Below, in pieces: positions 13,601 to 25,491 of a DNA stretch of 64,000 nucleotides (its first letter is position 1; each line of letters begins with the position of its first letter). Source of the DNA: Eledone cirrhosa. Its lineage: Eukaryota. The position numbers and the translations under genes are program-made. The stretch is taken from contig CAXHJY010001352.1 in assembly GCA_964016885.1 (NCBI GenBank), forward strand, positions 677-64,676. The letters run 5' to 3'. Below the pieces are notes generated by a model. The model did not search any database. It was not told the origin of the DNA and saw only the letters and a list, made by a program, of their open reading frames with translations.

Positions 13601-15104
13601 TCGCGCGGTCCATCCGACAAGGGTGCCCTCTCTCCTCCCTTCTGTATGTGTTGACTCTCGAGCCACTACTGCGGAAGTTGGAGTTGTTGCAGGGCATCCC
13701 TTTGGAACCAGGATTGCGGAAAGCGGTGTCGGCCTACGCCGATGACGTGACAGTAATGGTGTCGACGGCCTCCGAAATCGAGGCGGTCGGCACCTTACTG
13801 GAGGAGTACGAAAAGTTCACAGGGGCTAAGCTGAACCGGGACAAGTCGATCGGTTTGCAACTCGGCACGTGGAGGGGCAGACCGATGCCCTCCGATGGCG
13901 TCGTCGGACGCTGGACGGAGGGCCCGGTGAAGTTGCTCGGGGTCTGGTTCGGACCGGACCTCCAGGTGGAGAAAAACTGGGCGGAGGTTACGAACAGGGT
14001 GTTTGCACTGACCAGAAGTGGGCCAGTTGCAAACTATCCCTGAAAGGTCGGGCGGAGGTGGCGAACACCTACATAGCGTCCGTCATCTACTACCGCCTGA
14101 CCGTAGTGCCCTGCCCAAGGGAAACCCTCACCAAGATGGAGCGCGCGCTCTTCCAATTCCTTTGGAAGAGGCGGGCTCCTATGGTGAGGAGATCCATCTG
14201 CTGTCAACACCCTTCGAAAGGAGGGCTGGGGATGCCGTGGCTAATGATGCGTAAACACGCATTAAGGCTACGGCACCTCTACGTATTCCTCACCGGACAA
14301 CCGGTGTGGGCCTCGTTTGTGAGACGAACCTTTCCCAGACTCGTCTCACTCACCGAGCTGCAATCCTGGGTCAAGCAAAGACCGAGAAAACTGGGCGCCT
14401 GGCACACTGAGTGTGCTCAGGCGCTCACTGCCCTCTGGCAGGCGGATCCGGTTATCAGTGGAGACTCCACCGCAACATTCTATAGAGGGCTGGTACGCAG
14501 CAGGTGCGACGACGCCCTCGGAGAAGCCCTAGACATGGAGGAGGACGAACTGGCGAGCCAGTTCGGTAGGACATTCAGCCCGGGACCTATGGACAACTTC
14601 CAGAAGTCCCTGGCCTGGCAGTGCTACCGAGGGGCTTTACCCGTTCGAGAAAGGCTCTACAGACACGGGCGCCCGGGTAGGGACCCCGCCAAAAAGATCT
14701 GTCCCAGATGCGTGTGCGACGAGGAAACCGTTGCACACGCATTGGTACACTGCTCGGGCGTAGCCGATCTGTGGGGCTATGTCGAACAACTGCTGTCAAG
14801 GGTGGGACCGATCCGGTTGACCACCGAGTCTATTGTAATGATTAAGCCGCCTCCCCCCTTCAAAGATGAAGCAGAGGCAGTGTTTCTGTGCGTAATAGCC
14901 ATGGCGAAAGAGGTTGTATGGCGGACGCGTCTGAAAGGACTGAGGTCAGGCACCTTTCTCTCTGGCCAACAACTGGTCCGTTTCTTCCGTTATCATTTCG
15001 GAAGAAGGATCAGGATGGAGAGAGAGGTGCTGCACCCCAGCCGTTTCTATGAAAGATGGGTGAAAGTGGCGAGAATGGCCCGTGTGAATGGGCCTTCACC
15101 CTAA
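10660..15104 (+). mobile_element. L1/Tx1-clade non-LTR retrotransposon (5' boundary uncertain)
   Basis: ORF2 with APE endonuclease, RT and a C-terminal zinc knuckle; A/C-rich ORF1-like leader upstream; 3' end abuts (AT)n. Confidence 0.8.
11680..15104 (+). CDS. Tx1/L1-type ORF2: APE endonuclease + reverse transcriptase + zf-RVT-like domain, with one 1-nt frameshift near 14010
   Basis: Motifs LNARGL, GDWN, SYLDRFL, SDH (endonuclease); KSPGLDG, FRPITLLN, DQSKAFDRV, IRQGCPLS, AYADD (RT). After the shift: QKWASCKLSLKGRAEVAN, GGLG, CPRC...ETVAHALVHC. Confidence 0.9.
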
Positions 15105-15112
15105 ATATATAT

Positions 15113-15452
15113 ATCATCATCATCATTTCATTTTACATCCACTTTTCCCTGCTTGCAAGGGTGGGACGGGAACTGATTCTGGCTTGATTTCTACACCTGG
15201 ATGCCATTCCTAACACCAACCTCATTTACAGTGTGGGCTGGGTGCTTTTTTTTGCCGTGGCACCTCCACGACTTTGCAGTGGAATGATAGGGACCCTAGT
15301 CCCTATCATCTCATTTCTACAGCTGAGTACGCTGGAGCAATGTGAAATAAAGTGTCTTGCTCAAGGAAACAACACATCACCTAGTCTGAGAAATGAGCTC
15401 ACAACTTTTCGATTGCAAGGCCAATGCTCTAACCACTAAGCCATGTGCCTCC
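15113..15452 (-). mobile_element. tRNA-derived SINE family B with CORE-like motif and RTE-derived 3' tail
   Basis: Head ggcacatggcttagtggttagagcattggccttgcaatcg, motif ccttgagcaagacact, 3' end shared with the RTE 3' UTR, (GAT)n tail; same element at 37505-37890 and 60029-60363. Confidence 0.8.
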
Positions 15453-15459
15453 ATCCATC

Positions 15460-15495
15460 CATATATATATATATATATGTACGTACGTATGTATG

Positions 15496-15555
<60 letters not shown>

Positions 15556-15568
15556 CGTATATATATGT

Positions 15569-15602
<34 letters not shown>

Positions 15603-15621
15603 CACATACATATATATATGT

Positions 15622-15653
<32 letters not shown>

Positions 15654-15672
15654 CACATACATATATATATGT

Positions 15673-15704
<32 letters not shown>

Positions 15705-16071
15705 CACATACATATATATATATTATATATATATATATGAAACATACATATATATATATATATATATATACATACGTACATATATATATATACATACATA
15801 TATACATATACATACATACATATATATATATACATACATACATACATATATATACATATATATATATATACATACATATATATATATATATACATACATA
15901 TATATATATATATACATACATATATATATATATATACATACATATATATATATATATACATACATATATATATACATACATATATATATACATACATATA
16001 TATATATATACATACATATATATATACATACATATATATATACATATATATATTATATATATATATATGAA

Positions 16072-16102
<31 letters not shown>

Positions 16103-16209
16103 CATACGTACATATATATATATACATACATATATACATATACATACGTACATATATATATATACATACATATATACATATACATACATACATATATATA
16201 TATACATAC

Positions 16210-16243
<34 letters not shown>

Positions 16244-16459
16244 ATACATACATATATATATATATATACATACATATATATATATATATACATACATATA
16301 TATATATATATACATACATATATATATATATATACATACATATATATATACATACATATATATATACATACATATATATATATATACATACATATATATA
16401 TACATACATATATATATACATATATATATTATATATATATATATGAAACATACATATTA
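15460..16459. repeat. (TA)n/(TACA)n microsatellite with higher-order units
   Basis: Marker ttatatatat..atgaaacatacata recurs near 15723, 16053 and 16429. Confidence 0.9.
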
Positions 16460-16475
16460 TGATGTTAATATGTAT

Positions 16476-19400
16476 GTTAATATTATGATGTTCCCTGCTG
16501 TATTAGCGTTAAATTTTCCCTGCTGTATTAGCGATAAATTTTCGAGGGTTTCTCTTAGTAGCTTTTTTCATGACGTTATTATTGTTAATTTTACTGATGT
16601 AGTATTAACTTATTAACTTGGATATTTACCATGCGGTATTCTAATCCTATTGTATCTCTCTTCAGTTATTTACCATGCGACCCTCAGTTCCTACCCCCCC
16701 CCCCCCCCTCTATGCACTTCTTTAAGGCTTACTACCCTGTCTTTAACCTAATTCATTCAATCTGAAAATATTGAAGAGATAAGACACTTTGCCATTCTTC
16801 TCTGCTAAAATGTACCAGTAGAGCTGATTCAAATTTTCCCAGCCAGCCATCCACCTAATCTACGAAGGTATTTTAGCCTACATATTGTCGTTAATATTAT
16901 GATGTTCCCTGCTGTATTAGCGTTAAATTTTCCCTGCTGTATTAGCGATAAATTTTCGAGGGTTTCTCTTAGTAGCTTTTTCATGTCGTTAATATTATGA
17001 TGTTCCCTGCTGTATTAGCGTTAAATTTTCCCTGCTGTATTAGCGATAAATTTTCGAGGGTTTCTCTTAGTAGCTTTTTTCATGACGTTATTATTGTTAA
17101 TTTTACTGATGTAGTATTAACTTATTAACTTGGATATTTACCATGCGGTATTCTAATCCTATTGTATCTCTCTTCAGTTATTTACCATGCGACCCTCAGT
17201 TCCTACCCCCCCCCTCTATGCACTTCTTTAAGGCTTACTACCCTGTCTTTAACCTAATTCATTCAATCTGAAAATATTGAAGAGATAAGACACTTTGCCA
17301 TTCTTCTCTGCTAAAATGTACCAGTAGAGCTGATTCAAATTTTCCCAGCCAGCCATCCACCTAATCTACGAAGGTATTTTAGCCTACATATTGTCGTTAA
17401 TATTATGATGTTCCCTGCTGTATTAGCGTTAAATTTTCCCTGCTGTATTAGCGATAAATTTTCGAGGGTTTCTCTTAGTAGCTTTTTCATGTCGTTAATA
17501 TTATGATGTTCCCTGCTGTATTAGCGTTAAATTTTCCCTGCTGTATTAGCGATAAATTTTCGAGGGTTTCTCTTAGTAGCTTTTTTCATGACGTTATTAT
17601 TGTTAATTTTACTGATGTAGTATTAACTTATTAACTTGGATATTTACCATGCGGTATTCTAATCCTATTGTATCTCTCTTCAGTTATTTACCATGCGACC
17701 CTCAGTTCCTACCCCCCCCCCCCCTCTATGCACTTCTTTAAGGCTTACTACCCTGTCTTTAACCTAATTCATTCAATCTGAAAATATTGAAGAGATAAGA
17801 CACTTTGCCATTCTTCTCTGCTAAAATGTACCAGTAGAGCTGATTCAAATTTTCCCAGCCAGCCATCCACCTAATCTACGAAGGTATTTTAGCCTACATA
17901 TTGTCGTTAATATTATGATGTTCCCTGCTGTATTAGCGTTAAATTTTCCCTGCTGTATTAGCGATAAATTTTCGAGGGTTTCTCTTAGTAGCTTTTTCAT
18001 GTCGTTAATATTATGATGTTCCCTGCTGTATTAGCGTTAAATTTTCCCTGCTGTATTAGCGATAAATTTTCGAGGGTTTCTCTTAGTAGCTTTTTTCATG
18101 ACGTTATTATTGTTAATTTTACTGATGTAGTATTAACTTATTAACTTGGATATTTACCATGCGGTATTCTAATCCTATTGTATCTCTCTTCAGTTATTTA
18201 CCATGCGACCCTCAGTTCCTACCCCCCCCCCCTCTATGCACTTCTTTAAGGCTTACTACCCTGTCTTTAACCTAATTCATTCAATCTGAAAATATTGAAG
18301 AGATAAGACACTTTGCCATTCTTCTCTGCTAAAATGTACCAGTAGAGCTGATTCAAATTTTCCCAGCCAGCCATCCACCTAATCTACGAAGGTATTTTAG
18401 CCTACATATTGTCGTTAATATTATGATGTTCCCTGCTGTATTAGCGTTAAATTTTCCCTGCTGTATTAGCGATAAATTTTCGAGGGTTTCTCTTAGTAGC
18501 TTTTTCATGTCGTTAATATTATGATGTTCCCTGCTGTATTAGCGTTAAATTTTCCCTGCTGTATTAGCGATAAATTTTCGAGGGTTTCTCTTAGTAGCTT
18601 TTTTCATGACGTTATTATTGTTAATTTTACTGATGTAGTATTAACTTGGATATTTACCATGCGGTATTCTAATCCTATTGTATCTCTCTTCAGTTATTTA
18701 CCATGCGACCCTCAGTTCCTACCCCCCCCCCTCTATGCACTTCTTTAAGGCTTACTACCCTGTCTTTAACCTAATTCATTCAATCTGAAAATATTGAAGA
18801 GATAAGACACTTTGCCATTCTTCTCTGCTAAAATGTACCAGTAGAGCTGATTCAAATTTTCCCAGCCAGCCATCCACCTAATCTACGAAGGTATTTTAGC
18901 CTACATATTGTCGTTAATATTATGATGTTCCCTGCTGTATTAGCGTTAAATTTTCCCTGCTGTATTAGCGATAAATTTTCGAGGGTTTCTCTTAGTAGCT
19001 TTTTCATGTCGTTAATATTATGATGTTCCCTGCTGTATTAGCGTTAAATTTTCCCTGCTGTATTAGCGATAAATTTTCGAGGGTTTCTCTTAGTAGCTTT
19101 TTTCATGACGTTATTATTGTTAATTTTACTGATGTAGTATTAACTTATTAACTTGGATATTTACCATGCGGTATTCTAATCCTATTGTATCTCTCTTCAG
19201 TTATTTACCATGCGACCCTCAGTTCCTACCCCCCCCCCCCCTCTATGCACTTCTTTAAGGCTTACTACCCTGTCTTTAACCTAATTCATTCAATCTGAAA
19301 ATATTGAAGAGATAAGACACTTTGCCATTCTTCTCTGCTAAAATGTACCAGTAGAGCTGATTCAAATTTTCCCAGCCAGCCATCCACCTAATCTACGAAG

Positions 19401-20190
19401 GTATTTTAGCCTACATATTGTCGTTAATATTATGATGTTCCCTGCTGTATTAGCGTTAAATTTTCCCTGCTGTATTAGCGATAAATTTTCGAGGGTTTCT
19501 CTTAGTAGCTTTTTCATGTCGTTAATATTATGATGTTCCCTGCTGTATTAGCGTTAAATTTTCCCTGCTGTATTAGCGATAAATTTTCGAGGGTTTCTCT
19601 TAGTAGCTTTTTTCATGACGTTATTATTGTTAATTTTACTGATGTAGTATTAACTTGGATATTTACCATGCGGTATTCTAATCCTATTGTATCTCTCTTC
19701 AGTTATTTACCATGCGACCCTCAGTTCCTACCCCCCCCCCCTCTATGCACTTCTTTAAGGCTTACTACCCTGTCTTTAACCTAATTCATTCAATCTGAAA
19801 ATATTGAAGAGATAAGACACTTTGCCATTCTTCTCTGCTAAAATGTACCAGTAGAGCTGATTCAAATTTTCCCAGCCAGCCATCCACCTAATCTACGAAG
19901 GTATTTTAGCCTACATATTGTCGTTAATATTATGATGTTCCCTGCTGTATTAGCGTTAAATTTTCCCTGCTGTATTAGCGATAAATTTTCGAGGGTTTCT
20001 CTTAGTAGCTTTTTCATGTCGTTAATATTATGATGTTCCCTGCTGTATTAGCGTTAAATTTTCCCTGCTGTATTAGCGATAAATTTTCGAGGGTTTCTCT
20101 TAGTAGCTTTTTTCATGACGTTATTATTGTTAAAATTTTACTGATGTAGTATTAACTTGGATATTTACCATGCGACCCTCAGTTCCTACC
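16476..20190 (+). repeat. Tandem array of ~505-bp monomers (about 7.3 copies) directly 5' of the RTE ORF
   Basis: Unit starts (gtcgttaatattatgatg) at 16887, 17393, 17903, 18411, 18910, 19420, 19920 (periods 499-510); 5'-most unit truncated, last unit partial; each full unit holds a ~98-bp internal duplication that itself holds a 25-bp repeat. Confidence 0.95.
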
Positions 20191-20430
20191 TCACAATTTC
20201 CCTCCCCCCCACCCCCACACACCACCATAGTCTATTCGACCAATCAAACCTAGCATGCCATTTCCACTGCTGCTGCTACTACCTGCCTAACTAACTCTCT
20301 CCTCCTCTGGCGCATCCCAACACACCCTGCCATTACCCCACCACCACTGTTCTTCTAGCCCTCAATTTTCCCACCGTTATGGATGGATGAGCTGGGAATA
20401 CACGAGCAACTCTGAATCAATAGATGAAAT

Positions 20431-23400
20431 ATGAATCTGCGAGCTACCAAGCACCCACGTGAGGCGCCAACCCAGAGACCCTCCCCTACGAGTGTCGACA
20501 AATGCCCAAAACTCCGAGTTGGTACCATCAATGTAGGCTCAATGAAAGGAAGAGCAGGAGAAATCGTAGAAATGCTAGAGCGAAAGGAAGTTGATGTATG
20601 CTGTGTGCAAGAGACTAGATGGAGAGGAGGGTCTGCTAGAGTCCTTGTAGGAAAAAGCCAGTGCTACAAATTTTTCTGGGTGGGAAATGACGATGGGATG
20701 GGTGGTGTAGGTATACTATTAGCTGACAAGTGGGTAGATAAAGTAATCTCAGTGTACAGGGTAAATGCAAGAATCATTAAACTCAGACTAGTCCTGAATA
20801 AGACAATTACCACAATAATATCAGCTTACGCACCCCAATCGGGGCTGCCAGACGAACTTAAGGATAGGTTTTACGAGTCCCTAATACACACTACTGCTCT
20901 AACAGACGACAAGGACTTCCTAATCATTGCAGGAGATTTTAACGGACACGTAGGTAAACACTGCGACGGCTTCAATAGAGTACATGGAGGCCATGGAGTT
21001 GGCACAAGGAATGAGGAAGGATTCAGACTTCTAGAATTCTGCGACGCCAATGACATGTCGATATGTAACACAAACTTTAAAAAACCCGACAACCACCTGA
21101 TCACCTATAGATCAGGGGAGCACTCTAGTCAGTTAGATTTTATTCTCATCAGAGGACGTGACAGATGGACGGTCGTAAACACAAAAGCCTTCCCTAGTGA
21201 GGAATGTACATCCCAACATAGCTTAGTTGTCAGCGACCTCACGGTCAGAACTAGACGAGCCCTGAAACAGAGGCCAACCTGGAGAAGAAAGATCTGGAAG
21301 CTGAAAGTCCCCTCAACCAGTAACAGATTTAAAGATATTTTACTCAACGCCTACGACAGTAAAGAAGAACAGATAGAGACATTTAACGTAGAAGAGAACT
21401 GGGAGTTCCTAAAAAATAACTTACTAGAGGCGACGGATGAGGTTTGTGGCTGGAGTAAGACCTCAAGCAGGAGGAGAGTGACTTGGTGGTGGAACAATAA
21501 GGTAGATGAAGCAGTCAAGGCCAAGAGACAGGCATGGAAAGAATGGAAGAACGGGGGGAGCAGGGTACATTACATAGAGACCAAGAGGGAAGCTAGGCGA
21601 CAAGTATACTTAGCTAGGAGGGAAGCAGAGGATAGAAAATTCAAGCATGTTTTACAACGTGAGGACCAGAAACAGGAGGTATTCAAGATTGCGAGGCAGT
21701 GTGTCAGAGATAGTTGTGATGTCATTGGAGAGAAGTGTATCCGGAATGATAAAGGTGAGCTTGCCCTCACAAGTGCTGAGAAGAAAGATGCATGGAAGAG
21801 TCATTATGATAGATTACTAAATGAGGAGAATGCATGGGAAGAAGAGACCCTACCCCACGTAGACCCTATAGAGGGACCAGCAGTACAAGTCAGCGGCAGC
21901 GTAGTAAGTAAGGCAATCAGAGATATGAAGATAGGGAAGGCAACCGGTCCATCGGGTATAGCTGCCGAGATGCTGAAGGCATCTGGGTCTGTAGGTCACA
22001 CTATAACCACACGTATCGTTAACCAGGTAATACTAGAGGGGGCCATACCAAAAGATTGGTGCAGTAGCATCATTGTCAACTGCTACAAAGGTAAAGGCGA
22101 TGCACTAGATAGAGGAAACTATAGAGGTATAAAGTTGATGGACCAGGTCATGAAAGTAACAGAAAGAGTTATAGCACAGCTGATTAGGGACCGGGTGAAT
22201 ATAGACGAGATGCAATTTGGGTTTGTTCCAGGGAAAGGCACCACTGATGCGCTCTTCCTTGTGAGGCAATTACAGGAAAAGTACCTAGCTAAAAGTAAGC
22301 CACTCTACCTGGCATTTGTCGACCTTGAGAAAGCCTTTGACAGAGTTCCACGTGCAGTAATCTGGTGGGCTCTTAGAAAACTAGGAGTAGATGAATGGCT
22401 TGTGAAAGCGGTACAAGCCATGTATAGGGGAGCAGTCAGCAAAGTTAGGATTGGCAATGAGTATAGCGAGGAATTTAGCGTACAGGTTGGGGTCCACCAG
22501 GGCTCTGTTCTTAGCCCTCTCCTGTTCATCATAGTCCTGCAGGCAATAACGGAGGAGTTTAAGACCGGATGCCCATGGGAACTCCTGTATGCTGATGACC
22601 TCGCACTCATAGCTGAATCTATGGTAGAACTAGAGAATAAATTCCAAACCTGGAAGCAGGGACTAGAGAGAAAGGGCCTCAAAGTCAACATGACAAAGAC
22701 TAAGGTCCTTATAAGTAGACGAGAAAACAGAACCCAGATCCCCTCAGGGAAATGGCCTTGCTCAGTATGTAGGAAAGGTGTAGGTAGGAACTCCATTCTT
22801 TGCCCCAAATGCAAACAATGGGTACACAAGAGATGTAGCGGGATCTCAGGAAGCTTAATTAAGAATGTAGGATTCACATGCAGCAGCTGTGCTGAAACAG
22901 CAAGCAAACAGCCACAGGAAACAAGTACCACCAATCTCTGGGAGGGCCCTGTAGAAACAGTAGACAGCTTCTGCTACCTAGGTGACCGAATTAGCAACGG
23001 AGGTGGGTGCTCAGAAAGTACAATAACTAGGGTAAGAACGGGATGGAAGAAGTTTAGGGAACTACTACCACTGCTAGCTGCAAAAGGCTTCTCCCTCAGA
23101 ATGAAAGGCAGACTGTATGATGCGTGTATCCGAACAGCGATGTTGCATGGTAGTGAGACCTGGGCGCTGAAGGTGGAAGACTTACGTAGATTAGAGAGAA
23201 ACGAAGCCTGCATGCCCCGATGGATGTGTAACAGTAATATACGTGAACGACAAAGCATAAATGAATTGAGAGAGAGACTGAGCATAAGAGGAATCAAATG
23301 CTGCGTGCAGGAGAGGCGGTTACGCTGGTATGGACATGTGATGCGTATGAAGGATGACAGCTGCATAAAAAGGTGCAGAGCACTAGAAGTTGATGGAAAC

Positions 23401-23550
23401 CGCGGAGTGGGGAGACCCAAGATGACTTGGGATGAGGTGATAAAAGCCGACCTTACCCAACTACACCTCTCAAAGTCAATGACACACGACCGTGACTTCT
23501 GGCGTCACGCAGTAATACAGGGTACCCGACCTCCCATGGGTACATGCTGA
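20431..23550 (+). CDS. RTE-clade LINE ORF (1039 aa): APE endonuclease + RT with inserted PHD finger; intact
   Basis: GTINVGSM, VQETRW, AYAPQ, GDFNGH, QLDFIL; [36 protein letters not shown]; C4HC3 finger; YLG; LHGSETW, RRLRWYGHV, GRPKMTW. Confidence 0.95.
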   Translation: MNLRATKHPREAPTQRPSPTSVDKCPKLRVGTINVGSMKGRAGEIVEMLERKEVDVCCVQETRWRGGSARVLVGKSQCYKFFWVGNDDGMGGVGILLADKWVDKVISVYRVNARIIKLRLVLNKTITTIISAYAPQSGLPDELKDRFYESLIHTTALTDDKDFLIIAGDFNGHVGKHCDGFNRVHGGHGVGTRNEEGFRLLEFCDANDMSICNTNFKKPDNHLITYRSGEHSSQLDFILIRGRDRWTVVNTKAFPSEECTSQHSLVVSDLTVRTRRALKQRPTWRRKIWKLKVPSTSNRFKDILLNAYDSKEEQIETFNVEENWEFLKNNLLEATDEVCGWSKTSSRRRVTWWWNNKVDEAVKAKRQAWKEWKNGGSRVHYIETKREARRQVYLARREAEDRKFKHVLQREDQKQEVFKIARQCVRDSCDVIGEKCIRNDKGELALTSAEKKDAWKSHYDRLLNEENAWEEETLPHVDPIEGPAVQVSGSVVSKAIRDMKIGKATGPSGIAAEMLKASGSVGHTITTRIVNQVILEGAIPKDWCSSIIVNCYKGKGDALDRGNYRGIKLMDQVMKVTERVIAQLIRDRVNIDEMQFGFVPGKGTTDALFLVRQLQEKYLAKSKPLYLAFVDLEKAFDRVPRAVIWWALRKLGVDEWLVKAVQAMYRGAVSKVRIGNEYSEEFSVQVGVHQGSVLSPLLFIIVLQAITEEFKTGCPWELLYADDLALIAESMVELENKFQTWKQGLERKGLKVNMTKTKVLISRRENRTQIPSGKWPCSVCRKGVGRNSILCPKCKQWVHKRCSGISGSLIKNVGFTCSSCAETASKQPQETSTTNLWEGPVETVDSFCYLGDRISNGGGCSESTITRVRTGWKKFRELLPLLAAKGFSLRMKGRLYDACIRTAMLHGSETWALKVEDLRRLERNEACMPRWMCNSNIRERQSINELRERLSIRGIKCCVQERRLRWYGHVMRMKDDSCIKRCRALEVDGNRGVGRPKMTWDEVIKADLTQLHLSKSMTHDRDFWRHAVIQGTRPPMGTC

Positions 23551-23856
23551 AGCATATAAACAATATGCCCCCCCCCCCCCCCACCGCAAGGTGGTCGTGG
23601 AGGTGCCACGGCAAAAAAGCACCCAGCCCACACTGTAAAGTGGACGTGTAGGCGCCACGAAAAAGCACCCAGCACTCACTGTAAATGAGGTTGGTGTTAG
23701 GAAGGGCATCCAGCTGTAGAAATCAAGCCAGATCAGTTCCTGTATGAGCAAGGCATGGTCAGCCGACCAGACACTGCCCACAACAGGACAACCCGTCTAA
23801 CCCATGCTAGCGTGGAAGAACGGACGTAAAACGGTGATGATGATGATGATGATGAT

Positions 23857-23986
23857 ATATATATATATATATATATATACATACGTACATATATATATAT
23901 ACATACATATATACATATACATACGTACATATATATATATACATACATATATACATATACATACATACATATATATATATACATAC

Positions 23987-24020
<34 letters not shown>

Positions 24021-24200
24021 ATACATACATATATATATATATATACATACATATATATATATATATACATACATATATATATATATATACATACATATAT
24101 ATATATATATACATACATATATATATACATACATATATATATATATACATACATATATATATACATACATATATATATATATACATACATATATATATAC

Positions 24201-24235
<35 letters not shown>

Positions 24236-24302
24236 CATACATATATATATACATACATATATATATATATATATATACATACATATATATATATATACAT
24301 AC

Positions 24303-24341
<39 letters not shown>

Positions 24342-24406
24342 CATACATACATATATATATATATACATACATACATACATATATATACATACATACATAT
24401 ATATAT

Positions 24407-24459
<53 letters not shown>

Positions 24460-24474
24460 TACATATATATATAT

Positions 24475-24515
<41 letters not shown>

Positions 24516-24648
24516 TACATATATATATACACATATATATATACACATACATATATATATATATATACATACATATATATATATATATACATACATATAT
24601 ATATATACATACGTACATATATATATATACATACATATATATATATAT

Positions 24649-24683
<35 letters not shown>

Positions 24684-24755
24684 CATACATATATATATAT
24701 ATATACATACATATATATATATATATACATACATATATATATATATATACATACA

Positions 24756-24789
<34 letters not shown>

Positions 24790-25006
24790 CATACATATAT
24801 ATGTATATATATACATATATATATATATACATACATATATATATATATACATACATATATATATACATACATACATATATATATACATACATACATATAT
24901 ATATATACATACATATATATATATATATATATACATACATACATATATATATATACATACATATATATATACATACATATATATATATACATACATACAT
25001 ATATAC

Positions 25007-25078
<72 letters not shown>

Positions 25079-25112
25079 ATATATACATACATACATATAC
25101 ATATATATATAT

Positions 25113-25199
<87 letters not shown>

Positions 25200-25294
25200 C
25201 ATACATATATATACATATACATACATATATATACATATACATACATATATATACATATACATACATATATATACATACATACATATATATATAT

Positions 25295-25325
<31 letters not shown>

Positions 25326-25370
25326 CATACATATATATATATATACATACATATATATATATATATATAC

Positions 25371-25410
<40 letters not shown>

Positions 25411-25440
25411 ATATACATACATATATATATATATACATAC

Positions 25441-25491
<51 letters not shown>

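Larger units (their letters stand above)
16460..23856 (+). mobile_element. Putative full-length RTE LINE insertion: monomer array + ~240-bp unique leader + ORF + 3' UTR + (GAT)n
   Basis: The microsatellite higher-order unit breaks after gaaacatacata at 16455 and resumes after the (GAT)n tail at 23856; junction hairpin at 16447-16478. Confidence 0.65.

Noticed and set aside
16620-16670. Hammerhead ribozyme in the 505-bp monomer (minus-strand CTGAAGA), which would make the array a retrozyme
   Set aside because: No pairing stem II, no GAAA at the right position and no stem I could be fitted by eye.
18521-19784. 75-aa and 84-aa ORFs in the monomer array
   Set aside because: Open only in units lacking a 7-bp duplication, with ends set by poly-C length; no protein features.
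20190-20430. HDV-like ribozyme in the RTE unique leader
   Set aside because: Expected for some RTEs, but I could not fit the nested double pseudoknot by eye; it needs a structure-based search.
20871-23420. Antisense ORFs inside the RTE (and equivalents in copy 2, the Tx1 element and the ZNF genes)
   Set aside because: Shadow frames of real coding sequence; shared between copies only because the copies are near-identical.
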